A stretch of DNA of 62,495 nucleotides, counting the filler, from Sphacelaria rigidula (lineage: Eukaryota): assembly GCA_964200075.2 (NCBI GenBank). It is 10 parts of 10 records of this genome, joined end to end, with 100 filler letters (N's around TTAATTAATTAA, not from the genome) between each part and the next. Parts side by side here need not be neighbours in the genome. Positions count along the whole stretch, not along the records: positions 1 to 6,160 come from CAXNAA020021858.1; positions 6,261 to 12,420 come from CAXNAA020021859.1; positions 12,521 to 18,680 come from CAXNAA020021860.1; 7 more parts are not named here. One strand, 5' to 3'. The notes under the pieces are model-generated. The model was not told the origin of the DNA. It did no database searches and saw nothing but the letters and a program-made list of their open reading frames with translations. Shown here piece by piece: positions 1-13,287 of the stretch. Both the position numbers and the translations under genes were made by a program. The first letter of the stretch is position 1. The number at the start of each line of letters is the position of its first letter.

Positions 1-59
1 CTTTCCGGCGGGTGTAGGGCCGGAATCACCTTCAAGGAGTGATTCCTTCTCACCACCAC

Positions 60-600
60 CCCTGGCCAAGGCCGTAGGAGCGGACCTCCTATGGGGTTCA
101 CGTCGGTTGGCGATGGCGCTATAAAACACACCACTCACTGCGTAAGCTAGGCAACCAGGCTACCGATTGTTTTGCGCGCTTGAGTTTTTTCTTGCGGTAA
201 CTATGATGGTAGTCGAGCTGAATCATGTGGTGCGGGGTGGGAGAACCTCAACTCCGCACGGAGGGGATGATCGTACTACGTAGTGTTTAAATGGTGAGAC
301 ACCCATGAGGCAGTGTATGAGCCGGGGCTGTCTCTGAAAGTAGCCGTACCATAAAATGAAGCAACTTATTGTAGGCTGTCATCCAAATGCAGATAATCAG
401 TACACTTCGGGCCGGACGATCTTAGCAGGATGCAGCTCACCCTTCATGCGACCCGCTGAACACACCACGGCGCTTCGCGCTTGGTGATAGATTGCGAACC
501 TGATCCGGCGAAAACCCGGTGTGATTTGCCCCGGCTTCGTAGAGATACGAGGTCAACGGCCATATGACTATGGCATGCAAGATCACGAGTACATCCCCCA
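60..600 (+). mobile_element. Non-coding retroposon family A (LINE-tail-bearing), near full copy
   Basis: Homologous to 640-797+2285-2560, 4449-4912 (rc), 13860-14415 (rc) and 18781-18838 (rc). Ends ...GATCACGAGTAC followed by a C-rich run. Confidence 0.8.
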
Positions 601-797
601 TGCAGCCCCTCCTCCTTCCCCCCCGCGCGCCTTTCCGTTGGCTATCGGGTTACGGTTATTTTCTTGCTTGCATTTTTTTGCGGTAGCCATGATATTGCTC
701 GAGCTAGATCACAGTGTCCGGGTGGAAAACATCAGCTCCGCGCACAGGAGATGATTATACTGCGCAGTGTTTAAATGGTGAGACAAGCATGAGACAG

Positions 798-2010
798 GTA
801 CACCGACGGCCTGGCAGAGTTCTCCAGGGGTGCCGGCAATGTACACGCGTCCCACCTGCCGGACCGTGTCATCGTGGACAGAATTACGGAGGTGGTCATA
901 GTCGCGACCCACCTCTAATGTGTTCTAGGTGAGTCGGCGCGCGCACGTGTGACATATACGTGGGCACGCATACATGTGACAGGTGCCGTAGGTCCGTAGG
1001 TAGTAACTACGTCCCTGTGACCCTGCGTACCCGTTACAGGTCCGGTGCGACCGTATGCCGTAACCGCGACGAACACCATGTCCAGTACTGTAGCGCCGGC
1101 ACTGTTCTGGTGTGCTGTGGCACACAAAACTATCCCGTCGCTTCTCAATACCCTGGTGTTCCCTCCCTTTTTGCCCACGCCTCCTCAGGAACCAAACACG
1201 TCCTGACCGATGGACAGTGGCATCCCACATCAGAACACAAAAAACCAACGAGGATACACTCGTATAATGCAACGCACTGTGATCTATCGTCCAAGTGTGT
1301 GTGTGTGTTTTCCCGTCAACGCACCGACGTACTAATGTACCGACGTCCCGACGTACCCCCGTACCCCCGTACGCGTATCGGTATCCGAAAACTGCCAACG
1401 CGCCCTCATACCAATTATCTATGCCATCGCCCTCCATCTTCCTTTTCCTGCGACAGGGAGGGCGAGACAAACACCCTGCATCCCTCGTGAAACATCCCCG
1501 ACTCTCGATGCCAACGTTCGAGGCCGAGGACCACGTCTAGACGGACCGACGAACAGCGCGAACGCTCACAGTCGGCCCTGATCGCACCGGCGCCTCCGAG
1601 AAGAACGCCAACTCTCGTGAATAACATAATGCAACCGGAACCAAAAGCGGTAATGTATCCGACGACCGGAGCTGGTACGGCGGACGCGGGGGCGGTGAAG
1701 AAGGGAAGGGCCAAGACGGGGACGGTCAAGACGGCCGAGACGGCCGAGACGGGGACGGCCGAGCAGCCGCCGCCACGAGAGAGGAAACACCGACAACGCC
1801 CACCCGTCGCCACACCCGAAGACGGGGAGGCCACTCCTGCACGAGGCACCGGCACCGCCGCGAGATCCGCCGCCATTTCCGTGCTCCCACAGCCGCCGCA
1901 GAAGCCGAAGCCGAAGGTGAAGGAGGGAAGCATTACCTCGTCGGCGGCGGCTGACCTCGCGGAATCCCCCGATGAGCCGATGACGACGCAGACTTTCTAC
2001 CCTAGGGGGT
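798..2010 (+). pseudogene. Captured exon-intron-exon gene fragment (low-complexity protein)
   Basis: Donor AG|GTGAGT at 929 and polypyrimidine+CAG acceptor ending 1456. The phase-2 join links the 714 frame to the GC-rich frame open 1491-2327, with one in-frame TGA at 1488. Confidence 0.35.
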
Positions 2011-2279
2011 CAATAGTAGGTGAAGACGGCACACGTCCAAGTGTCCGGAAGTGGAAGCCGAAGAAGAGGAAAAATCCCCGTCTTGGCCGTTTTGACCGTC
2101 CCCGTCTTGGCCCTTCCCTTCTTCGCCGCCCCCGCGTCCGCCGTACCAGCTCCGGTCGTCGGATTCGTTACCGCTTTTGGTTCCGGTTGCATGACGTTAT
2201 TCATGAGAGGTGGCGTTCTTCTCGGCGGCGCCGGTGCGATCAGGGCCGACTGGGAACGTTCGCGCTGTTCGTTGGTCGC
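1544..2279. repeat. ~200-bp inverted duplication (1544-1745 / 2076-2279)
   Basis: The arms are near-identical reverse complements. The peptide EQRERSQSALIAPAPPRRTP..MQPEPKAV..PTTGAGTADAGA is encoded on both strands. Confidence 0.9.
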
Positions 2280-2655
2280 AAAGAAGCAGCTTGCCTCTGG
2301 AAGTGGGGAGGGGATACCAGAAAATGAAACAACCAATTCGAGGCTGCCATCCATACCTTCGGGCCGAGCAATCTTAGCAGGATGCAGATAATCCCTCATG
2401 CGACTCGCAGAACACATCACGACGCTTCGCGCTTGGTGATGGATTGCGAGCCTGGTCCCGTGAAAATCCGGCGTGCTCCGTCTCGGTGGTTTTGTATAGA
2501 TGCGAGATCAATGGTCTCATCACTACGGCATGCAAGATCACGAGTATAGCCCCCCTCCCCTCCCCACTGTGGGATGGCTATGGGAAAGCATATTCACCCG
2601 TACAAGTTAGCTGCACCGGACAGGGCATAGGTAGCCAAGCCTCCTTCGACTTGCA

Positions 2656-2695
2656 CGAGGTAGGCGAGGTAGGCGAGGTAGGCGAGGTAGGCGAG
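2656..2695. repeat. 9-bp tandem repeat (CGAGGTAGG)x4
   Basis: Direct reading. Confidence 0.9.
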
Positions 2696-3296
2696 CAGTC
2701 ATACAGGGTGCAAAGGCTGGCGAGGAAATCGCCGTCCAAGGATCGACCTTCTCAGCGCGATGTCACATTTCGGAACAACTTCCATCGGCTGACCTTTAAG
2801 GCGGTGAATAACGAGATTATAGTTGAGCAGTCCCTCGCTCTTCGTAAGCACCAAGTCCAAAAAAATATACTACGTAGTGTATACATATATCACACCTTGG
2901 ATAATATATGGTCAATAGTTTCAATGGACAAAACAAAATGTACTGCCTAAAGTACGGACCTATTGCAACTATTGTCACATGACAACAGTAGCAATAGGCC
3001 TATACTTTACGCAGTATATTTCTTGTCTACTGCGACTGTTGACCATATATTATCCAAGGTGTGATGAATATAGTTCGGGACGTTTTCAACCCCTGCACTC
3101 CCTCAGGACGAGTCCGCAGTCTCTGAGGCACCGATCAACCCTTCTCTCCTCCTGTACAGGACATGCCTATTATAGCGTTTTCGGTACCGCCGATTGGTCC
3201 AGCACTCTCTCCAACGCAGTGTCGGCTCTCGTCCTCTACATTTTCTTTGCTGCTCATGCCCTCGTGTTTTCAACGACAGGGACTAGGTACTCCTCA

Positions 3297-3485
3297 GGCC
3301 GTGTCTCAGCACTTTTTTTTTCGATCGAAAAAGTGCGGTGGAAAACAAAAATCCTAATCTGATAGGTCATGATTTTAACCATCTTCAAAATAAAGGACGG
3401 TGGTTGAAATTACGGCCTATTAGATCAGGGTTTTCGTTTCCCACCGCACTTTTTCGATCGAAAAAAAGAGTGCTGAGACACGCCC
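3297..3485. mobile_element. Foldback MITE, PIF/Harbinger (Tourist)-like
   Basis: The whole element is an imperfect palindrome. TIR GGCCGTGTCTCAGCAC / GTGCTGAGACACGCCC; flanks TCA/TTA. Confidence 0.8.
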
Positions 3486-4336
3486 TTAGAGCAAAAACAA
3501 CAGGAAGAAAAAACGCACACTATCCGCCGCGATGCAAACTCTCATCTCCTGCCCTAACCTGTTACACCGTCGGCAATATATTTGTGTGTGTATATATGTA
3601 TCAGTATATGTATGGGCAGTGACTTCCGCGGTTGCCAAGCCCTGATGCTGTCAGATTGTTTCGAGCAAAGCAATCCTTCTCGACGTATTTCAGTAGTCGT
3701 TTTGAGGTCGATTTGGCAAGGTGTCGCGCTCAAGGTGTCGAAAAATTAAGGCCTAGGCCCTTCCGACTGAAGATTGGGGCGAAAAAATTGACCGAGTCTC
3801 CTCTTGGAAGATTCACTTCCCTCACAACTCACGACTGTTAAAAGTCAGGGACGTTTGCAGCTCGAAGAGAAAACGGAAGCAATCCCCTGAGGTCTATTGC
3901 CGTTCTGCATATGTCTACATTTTGTATTGATTTGGTTTGATTTGATTTGATTTGATTCATAGATTGATTGGAAAAACTCGAAGACGAGGAATGAAAAACA
4001 AAGATGAGAACAGAGTAAACAAGTCAACGAAAAGGAGAGACGTGACAAAATCCAAATCCGAAAACAAATAAACAATACAACAACAAGACAAACAAATCAT
4101 AATAACACAAGAATAAGGGAAAGAGGCGAACAAGAACCACTTGTTCAGATGAAAAGCATGATGACAAGCGACAAGATGGACGACCCCTGCAGCATGGACG
4201 ACTCCAGGTGAGAATGGCCGCGCAATGAAGAAAAATGAAGGGGAAGATAACACATGCAAACGAAAAAGTAGACAAAACGAAACGAAAGAAACAAAAAATG
4301 ACGTTGAATATACATACCGTACACATATACACAACT

Positions 4337-4368
<32 letters not shown>

Positions 4369-4448
4369 CGCGGTGGCGAAGCAACGCCCCAGAACACTAC
4401 TACAGAAGCGTGCTCTGCTTGTGGAGAAGAAACCGAGACGAGAAGGGG

Positions 4449-4912
4449 TGTTCTCATGATCCTGCATGTCGTAGTCATATGACCATTGACCTCGCAGCCC
4501 TACAAAGCCGGGACGGAGCACGCTGGATTTTCGCCGGACCATGCTCGCAATAAGTCACCAAGCGCCAAAGGGTCGTGATGTGTCCGTCGAGTCGCAAGAA
4601 GGGTGAGCAGCATCCTACGAAGATTGTTCGGCCCAAAGCGTACTGATTATCTTGCATATGGATGGCAGCCTCCAATGAGTTGCTTCATTTTCGGGTATCC
4701 CCACTTTCAGAGACAGCCACGCGTTCCACACTGCATCATGGGTGTCTCACCATTTCAACACTACGTAATATGACCACCCCCTTCGCGCGGAGTTGAGGTT
4801 TTCCCGCGACGCACAATATAATCTAGCTCGAACACCATCATGGTAACCGCAAATAAAAAAACGCAAGCGCGCGCAAAACAAAAGGGTGTAACCTGGTTGC
4901 CTAGCGTAGGGC
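4449..4912 (-). mobile_element. Family A copy, 5'-truncated, with 12-bp TSD
   Basis: Reverse complement of ~140-595. Flanked by GACGAGAAGGGG (4437-4448) and GAGGAGAAGGGG (4913-4924). Confidence 0.8.
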
Positions 4913-6160
4913 GAGGAGAAGGGGGAAGGTTGGATCAATCTTTTATCACATGTATCCGAGGTGTCGTCTCCTCTGTTTCTAAAACCTTTCTTATGGTTGG
5001 ACACGGTCGGGATAAAGACACCACATCCTGGACAAAGACCAAGAGATTCCATTGGCAAACGGTGAACTGCATACAGTATCGGCTATTGCGTCTATTGCAA
5101 TAAGACAAAAGATTCCACACTGTACACAGCACACTTTTCGACGATGTAATCGATGGTTATTATCCAGGGGTGTAAAATATACGCACGCACAAGATGACTT
5201 TCTTACACGCAACAACCGGATCGAACAAGAATTAAAAAAATAAATAAACGATCAAGGGCGTGAGAAGGTCGGAGTCGTGTACAGAGAGGTTCGGTCCTCT
5301 TTTTCAATTTTCGCGATTCGATCAGCAATTAGTCCTGTGTACGGGCTGGGCCGCCTAAGAAGCGCACTTTCCTTCAGCCCACTCTAACTGACGATGTATC
5401 GCGAGTTGTGCCTGCTATGACATATCGTGGTGATCGGCAAATCAGCGCGCGTCTTCAGAACCATATAGCACTGCGATCCGACAAGGTCTCATCGAACGAA
5501 ATATCAAACTGTAGTCAAGTGCGAAGTATATAGAGTTGAGAGTACCATGTGCAGCGGAATTAGCAAAAAAAAAAAAACGGCCGAAACGGGCAGTTTGGTA
5601 ACAGGCACGCGGGCCGGGCCCCCCCCGCGCCCCGGCCTCTGGGAGTAGTNNNNNNNNNGGAATTAGCAAAAAAAAAAAAACGGCTGAAATTGGATTTTTG
5701 GTTACAGTCAGTTGTGCCGCGTGGTTCCCGAGCTGCAATCAATCAATCAATGTCGCACTAGGCGAGCAGTGTCCAAGATGGCACGCAGACGAGGCCCCCA
5801 TCGCGCCAAGGCGTCTGGTAGTAGTGTGCGAACCAACGAGCAGTTTGTAAAGACCTCTGAGCCGAAAGTAGAAGACGAATCGATTTCGAGTCGTTTCCGG
5901 TGAAACTTTGACACGATGTACAGGACGTATGTGCGAATTCCCCTTCTTTCCTCCCGTGTTTTTTTCTTCTTCTTCGTGAGTTATTGGCGACGGAACATTT
6001 CAGAACACTTTTTCGAAACAAAATTGCCAATAACTCACGAAGAAGAGAAAACAAAACAGGAGGGGGGGGGGGGGGGGGGGGGTGGGAAGTGGGTTGAGCC
6101 AAGAAATCTGTTGCAGGGGCTCAAATTTTACCCAAAAAAAAAATTGAAGTTGGTCGGCTT

Positions 6161-6260
6161 NNNNNNNNNNNNNNNNNNNNNNNNNNNNNNNNNNNNNNNN
6201 NNNNTTAATTAATTAANNNNNNNNNNNNNNNNNNNNNNNNNNNNNNNNNNNNNNNNNNNN
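6161..6260. other. Artificial scaffold linker (N44-TTAATTAATTAA-N44)
   Basis: Identical 100-bp linkers also occur at 12421-12520, 18681-18780, 24941-25040, 31201-31300, 37460-37559, 43719-43818, 49978-50077 and 56237-56336. Intervening pieces are 6160 then 6159 bp, which indicates a size-sorted concatenation. TTAATTAATTAA gives stops in all six frames. Confidence 0.98.
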
Positions 6261-6708
6261 CTTTTGTGCAAGACAGATATGCCACTTCAGCCCCATATTT
6301 TGTATGAACCCCAAAATATAAAATCGGCTGTTAGCTGCTCACGGGATGTATCATTATCATTTCCTTGGGTGCAGAAAGTCTTCGTGAAATTTCAGGTCAA
6401 AAGTCGCCAGATTGGGCCGTGCGTGCAACGTTTTGCGTGACACTGCTGCACCCCTAGATGTGATGGAAGTCTCGACTTTTGGAGGTCATGAGTTCGAATC
6501 CCGAAATGTTCTCTTATTTTTCACCGTCCGTCATTAAGGTTATACATTATGCAGTATATTCCGTTTCATTTTTTCATTCAGCGGTGGTGCCGTTTGTTAC
6601 CAGGTTGGTCTACACTTCACAGTGATATGCTTACATCGGGTTCATTTGGGAATCTGGGAAAGTTGTGGTGTGAGCAACTGTTAGCCGCTTTCAAGCTGGC
6701 CTAGCTCG
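6261..6708. mobile_element. Mariner-like MITE family F, partial
   Basis: Reverse complement of parts of 39043-39440. Ends GCTGGCCTAGCTCG|TA. Confidence 0.7.
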
Positions 6709-6889
6709 TATGCGGACAGTACTTGCACACCCGGTACGGTCAATACTAGCCGTATGTGTCGCAACTAGGAGCTAGAAATCATGTACGACGGATACAGCCT
6801 TTCATGCGCAATGAAACGCCGGAAGGCCATGGGGATCATCATGAGCGCGTGGATATCGTGAATATGAGCGCGCCGATCGATACCACGGA

Positions 6890-7605
6890 GACATGTTCGT
6901 ATAAAAACTGTGAAATTGTTTTTTTTCACATCTGACGGGGCCGGACAGCAGCCGTTTTGAGGGCATCAAATAGGTTCGAATTTTCGGAGCATGCCGTACC
7001 TGTGTGGCTATCCAGAAACAGATTGCTACAGGCAGTCAGTGACAATGAGTTGTCTGGGATTCTTCCAGCTGAGTAAGCTGCTTGAAGACTAGCTCAACCT
7101 ATCTTAGACAACAAGACTCTTTTGGCCAGCGGTTGGCGGCGTTGCCCATCAATGAGTCAGCAAGTAGTTTGTATGTTGCGAGAACGCCTTCGCTCCCCGT
7201 GGAAGCATATCTCGCGTCGAGAAAAGAGGTGCGATAGCTTACGCAAAGTTTAGAATGTGAACGAAAGAACCCTCCCCGAGCACACCGACAGTACATCTCA
7301 TAAGCTGCAGCTCTCAGATCACAATACGCCAGCCCACATGTGGATTACGCCAGCAACAGCTAAGTCACCGCCAGAGGTATTATTCACTCTGCATGCCAAG
7401 TCTTCATGGACGTGTGATCTCTACTACAATGTCCCCCCGACCCGGATGTGTACGACTGCCCTTGAACCAAGCGCAGGCCAAAATCAACGATACCCCCCCC
7501 CCTCCCCCACATGCGATTGAAATTTCGCGGAATGGTCATTCCTCTCGCGCGCGTGTATGTGATAAAGGGATAGCGGTGACAAGAACATCGCCCTGTTTCT
7601 CGACC
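6890..7605. mobile_element. Repeat family B, subtype 2, inverted relative to the copy at 7610
   Basis: Reverse-complement homology to ~41860-42600 and to 8085-8600. Confidence 0.7.
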
Positions 7606-7609
7606 GAAC

Positions 7610-8750
7610 AACCGATTCTCAGAAATGGATTTGAACAATAAAACGAGGTTCAAATGGCATAAATGATTTCCAGTAAGGGTGCGAAACTGTTGCACCAAGG
7701 GCAAGCATCTTCCCCTCAAACAATATGTAGCAGTTATTAAGCAGGTGCGGCTAGGTGCACTGGACAAATGCGGTGTACACGCGTGTCGATGACGATATCA
7801 CCAGAGGGAAGAACAAAGCCGGAGAGGAAGCTCCTCGCCGGTGTCCTTTCTGTGTCTTCATTCGGTGATTCCCAATCGCGCGAGAGATCGACACCATGTT
7901 ACCATCACATACCCAAATCGCCATGTGTCGGCAGGCGGGTTCTTGTAGCACAATCCCGGAAACAAGATCGGGTTTCCCACGGCTGTCATCTCCTGTCTGT
8001 GGCGCTGACCAATGCAAAGATCGATTCCTCTCTCCCTCTCGGCTTGGACAGGACGTGCCTCTGTGAGCAATACAACACATCGTTGGAAAGCAGGGCGATG
8101 TTCCCGTCACCGCTACTGTTCTCTCTCACACACATGCTAGCAGCAATAACAAGATCCAATCGCAACTTCGTGGTGGGTGTTGTTGTCATGGTTGATTTTA
8201 CCCGACCTGCGTGTTCACCAGGACAAGTCTACCACACCCCAGTTCGGGGGATGTATGAGAGATCAAACACACTGACAGTAGACATCTTCTAGGCATGTGG
8301 AGTGAAAAAAGGAACCTCTGCCGGTGACCTAACTGTTGCTGGCGTGACCCATGTGGAGGCAGCCACCCTGTAATCTGAGCTGCTCTGATGTACAATCGGT
8401 CGGGTGCTCAACAGGCTGTGTGTGTGCGTGTGTGTTGCAATGGCAAAGCAAAATGTAATGCGAGGCCATACTAAGCTGAGACGAGGTAGGGTTATGGTCT
8501 CACCAGGAACAAGGGTGTTCTATGATCAAGCACTTGGCGTTGTATTTGTGACCCACGCCATCAAGCGCCGACCACAAAGGTCGTAGCAAAAACAGCTTTC
8601 GAGCAGAGTGGTCGGCATATTACCACGTCAAACAATCCGTGACAGCTTTAGTTGCTCTGCGTACTTGTGCTGACTGACTGTCTGTAGAGCAGCCATCATA
8701 GCACCGAATTTGACAATGCTTGGTAAACCTGAACAGTTTCGTTTCCTTGA
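7610..8750. mobile_element. Repeat family B, subtype 1
   Basis: Homologous to the rc of 38940-40940 and to 41486-42370. Begins with the shared motif GAAATGGATTTGAA..GAGGTTCAA. Confidence 0.75.
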
Positions 8751-10106
8751 ACTTGTTCCATACACTCAAAATGGATCTACAAAGCAGCGGGAGGGCGCCT
8801 TCCCCTCCCTCGCCAGGGATAGAAAAACGACGACACATAAAGTTTGCTTCGAATGAAATTCCGCGTTTTATTACGTATAAAGCGTTTAATCAGACCAATT
8901 TTCTCTTTCGAACTCAAACCTGCCCATTGTAGGTCGGCTCTATACTGATCGCTTTATGAAAATCCCAGAATAGTTTGAAATATCCGTTTGACAGTATCTT
9001 CGTAGATTTGACCGAATCCGAAACAAGCACTTTCCCGCGACTATTGAGAGCCGTTTTGACCGGTGTTCCTGTCTCAGCCGAAATCGGCCTTAGATCAAAA
9101 TGCTCCGCCCAGCGCCATCGAAGGATCGTCAGAACCTCGGGTACTCCACAGGGGTGCGTACCAGATAACTCCTCGTCTTGACGATGCCCTGCGTCTGTCA
9201 TGTGTTGCTTCCATGTAGTACTGCGTTCATATTACGGGTGCTGCGAGGGTGCTGCAAGAAGGTATGGCCCGTTCTTTTTCCCCCATGCATATCTCCTTTT
9301 TTGCGCTGATTACGTGCTCGAATTGCTGGCGCTAGGCAGCTAGAATTTACCGCGGTTTTGAAGAGATGTGAAGCCAAATGGCGTAATTTTCTTGCCTCCG
9401 GCGGCGCCTCCAGCGGGCCCGCCTCACCAGCCGGGGGGGAAGGTACTCAAGCCGGGGGGGGGGGCGTTTTAAGCGACTCCGCCGCGTTGCCTTACCGGGC
9501 AACGCTGGCGGAGTTGCGAGGCGGCTTCACCGCCATTTATCCAGTTTTAACTGGTATCTGTAACTGGTTGTAATTTTCTGCAACCATTTTACTGAGTAGC
9601 CAAACCAGTTCACAACTCTACCAAAAAAAGCCTAAAATCGAGGTGCTCTCGATGTATGGCCTCAACGGCCCTATATCGGTTGAAGGCCGCTATGGATGTG
9701 AGGCCGCCTTTTTCGGGATGGATCAGGGTGATCTTAAATCGGGTCACCTACTGTAGTTGTTATTCATCACAAAGCCTCCTCTTCCTAGAGGCGAGTCCGT
9801 GGTCTCAAGGGATCAACCCATCTCTCCCCGGTACACATGTTCATTTCGGTATCGCGGGTACTGCCATCAGGTAAAGTATCTTCGCTACTCATGTCCTCAC
9901 GTTTCAAACGACGGAAATCAAATTTTACCAGAAAAAATAAACAGCAAATGCATCTGTCGGGAATCCAACGCGCATTTTTTCGACCTCGTTGGTGCCAGTT
10001 TTATGAATTCGACCACCGGAGCGAGGGAGTATGCTTAAAGAAACGATCATGCCCACAACGAGCGCGTTCAAGTCTTACCGGAAACACTGAAACTGCCATC
10101 ATAATA

Positions 10107-11188
10107 CAAGCTGGGCCCGCCGTACAATGTGCATACCCCGGGGACGCAACAACTTTTCAGTTTCCCGAATCAGCCCGATGTGCTTATATAGCTGGGAACT
10201 ACAGACCAAACGGGTTATGCACGGGTCCGCCGTGGTCCGATTGACACAATTTTGGCGATGATGTCATTGTACTGCATTGAGGACCGGTTGCGTCTCATTT
10301 TATTGCGTGACAGCGTGTTTGGAGTCTTGTTTGTCAATAAAATGCGGCGGAATTACATTTGAAAACTTTGACACGCACTGTCGAGACTGCACTGGCAATG
10401 CTGCGAGATTGCATCAAGCTCGTCAGCAGCTCCATCATGGGAGAGAACCTCCGAGCTGAACGCCACATGCAACGAGCACAGACACAAGTATCGAGGTGGG
10501 ACTCGGCTGCAACTCTTTTTTTCTATTCAATCCCCGATGGTGATCATTTTTTCACATCGTTGGGGGGAAAGGTGCTGACGGCAAATACCGCAATTGGGCT
10601 CTTAGGGAAGCGGAAACGTGTCCTAGATAGGCCATGGAGAAAAGCCTGACCCACTCTGAGGTGAGAAACACACTCTGTTCACTCATTGTGCGGCGGAAGC
10701 TTGAGCGAAAGTGTCAAAACCAACTTTTTCGACTGAAAAAATATATATGTATCAAAAATTACCTCAACGATCATAACAAGATTCTGCTATCTACGGGAGT
10801 TACGTCGGGATTAGACTCGTAACCTCTTTAACTGGAGTCTCCTGTATCGGCTACACCACCGGGGTGCAACGGTGTCAAACAAAACGTTGCACGCAAAGCC
10901 CATTTTGAGGAGTCTTGAGCGGACATTTTGATAGGATCTTCTGCACGCAAGTTAAAGGTTCGCGGTGGAAGCAGCAACAGTTTTTGTCTTTTTCATGGAG
11001 TCATGACACCATCTCATTTTTGGTGAAATTTCAAATCGCTCGAACTTTCATTTTCTTTCTTTGCTGCTTCTAACATGTCCCGCGTATATTAATAAAAAAA
11101 AATCGTGCAAATTTTGACGCCCGGTTCCTAATATTAAGCCGTGCATTCCCTGCCAACCGCAATAGATCCTGCCGAGTGGCCCAGCTCG
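10107..11188. mobile_element. Mariner-like non-autonomous element family F
   Basis: TA|CAAGCTGGGCC ... GGCCCAGCTCG|TA. Internal homology to 39190-39560. Confidence 0.7.
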
Positions 11189-13287
11189 TAATCACACCAG
11201 ATGGACAATACTTGCAGATTACCTGGCAATTGTGATCCGGTAGTCCCAGACGATAACCGAGTGGTATATATGTGCTTAGAACATGTTCATAATGAATCAT
11301 GCATACAATGTTCACTCATGACCATACAATGGTCACTTGCTACGATACAAAGACGCCAGCCTCCTAATGTCAGCATCTTAGGAAGGCATCTCCCAAGGAT
11401 GGCATGGTCCTCCACAAATCAAACAATCATTCAGCTGAAATACAGAAACGTGAGAAGTCCAAACAGGTTTCCCAAAGCACATACTGGTTGTCCCATCCTA
11501 TGAATTTTCCTGTTTTGAACAAATTAACTACTACCGCACCATCGTATGGTTTTCTCAAATAACACCAACCTACAGAGGAGGCGTGGAGGGCACGCGTGGT
11601 CGTCCCCGCTTCGAAGGAACATTGCATGCTCTCATTCCTGAACCCGGAGACATTTGCTTCATACTGCTGTACGTAATGAAAACTTGCCATCCCCAGGTCC
11701 AATGCAAATTTTCTATGGCGCAATCAATGACTTTCGATGGGGCAAGACATCCATTTCAAATAAAAAGGCACGGATGCGTGCAATCATAACGAAACGTTTT
11801 GTCACACACGAGTATGCCACACATTGACACGACTTCCTGGGTATAACACCTCGCGTTGTGTGGCGTCGCACATCTGCATGTATGTATCATGCTGTATACC
11901 TAGAACCCATCTCGTACTTTGTTTGGTGTCGTGATGAATAAGACAGCCCAAGCGAACACGTTTTATACACCCCGCGAGCGATGGAGTCGTAGGTGTAGGC
12001 AATAAACCATACCACCTCTGGCCGAAAATCGGCCACATTGCCAATAACGAACAATAAAGACCTCAAGATAAACAAGAAACGAGTCTTAGTTCTGAAATGA
12101 GTCTCGCGGACCCGTTCTTTTGCAAAATGTTTCACCTCCGAAGTATTTGCGCCACAACCATTATATTGTGAATATCTCAAGACGTAAGATTGTCGAAAAT
12201 AATCAAGTGCTTGCCTTCCCGAGCGAGGCCTGTGGCCCCTTTTGAAAATCACCTTTAAAAATGCTGTTTGTTGGCCGAAGATCTTTCGCTGCAACTATTT
12301 GGGACACGTCACATGGAATTCGTATAATAACCCGTAGGTGTACGGACAAATAACAGCCGATTTTTAAAAATGGGGTTGAAAAAAAAAATGAGGTTCAACT
12401 CAAAATTCGTGCTTTCCCTTNNNNNNNNNNNNNNNNNNNNNNNNNNNNNNNNNNNNNNNNNNNNTTAATTAATTAANNNNNNNNNNNNNNNNNNNNNNNN
12501 NNNNNNNNNNNNNNNNNNNNCATTCCATGTCAAAAAGTCCTTTGACCTCGTCCCCCACCAGGCCGGGGCGGGGCCGCGCCGGGGGGGGGGGGGGCACACA
12601 CGCTAGAAAAAAAATCCGCGCCTGCTCCTGTCATCATCATACGGCAGGAACAAAAACAACAGCTAGTGAACGAACGGTCGAGTTCGTCAGCCCACCAGAT
12701 GCACTTGGACAATGAAAATCCCACGTGTACCGCCGCTCTAAGCTTTCCTTACATGACGCAGCAGCATTAAAGGATCCCGTTTCGTCGGTCACCCAACAAA
12801 ATTTCAAAAATCGAGAAATATTTTCAACTCGCCAGTGTTTTTTCTGCGTCCATTGGCCCGTCCTGACCGCGGGTCTGACTGATCAAACTGACGGTGAAGA
12901 TAAAATGACTGAATAGAGCATCTCCCGCCGTCGTCGTGGGCAGTGAACTCTGTTTTTTCTTTGAACAAAATATCGAAGCCGCAAGCAAAACCGCGGAACG
13001 CTGTCCGAACTTTCAAAACACACCCACGCATTGCAGTACGACAGCGGACACACAACCCAGGACACCAGTTCGGATCAATGTGTTTACCTGGGCTGTCCCC
13101 GAGCTGTGCATATCTGGTGAACAAAGTCTTGATCGCCCGCGAGCTTGGACCCTTGGTGCTTTTGCGGCCAAACCTGAAATCGACGGTTACACATTACACA
13201 CGCGCGTGCGCGAAACGCAACATAATAGGGTTAAACAAATGAGCAAACTCGCCCAAGCCAGCATTAATAAATCCTATGCCGCACTCT

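Larger units (their letters stand above)
640..2560 (+). mobile_element. Family A copy split by a ~1.5-kb insertion (arms 640-797 and ~2285-2560)
   Basis: Left arm ends at CATGAGACAG. Right arm resumes at ...CTCTGGAAGT, which is almost contiguous in the copy at 60-600. Confidence 0.75.

Noticed and set aside
5557..5690. Direct repeat GGAATTAGC(A)nCGG on both sides of a short N gap
   Set aside because: It may be a scaffolding overlap and cannot be distinguished from a real tandem unit.
6205..6216. Periodic TTAATTAATTAA motif
   Set aside because: It is always embedded in N padding, so it is an assembly linker.
11200..12300. Possible transposase remnant (also 37760-38600)
   Set aside because: No recognisable motif in the frames examined, so it was left unassigned.
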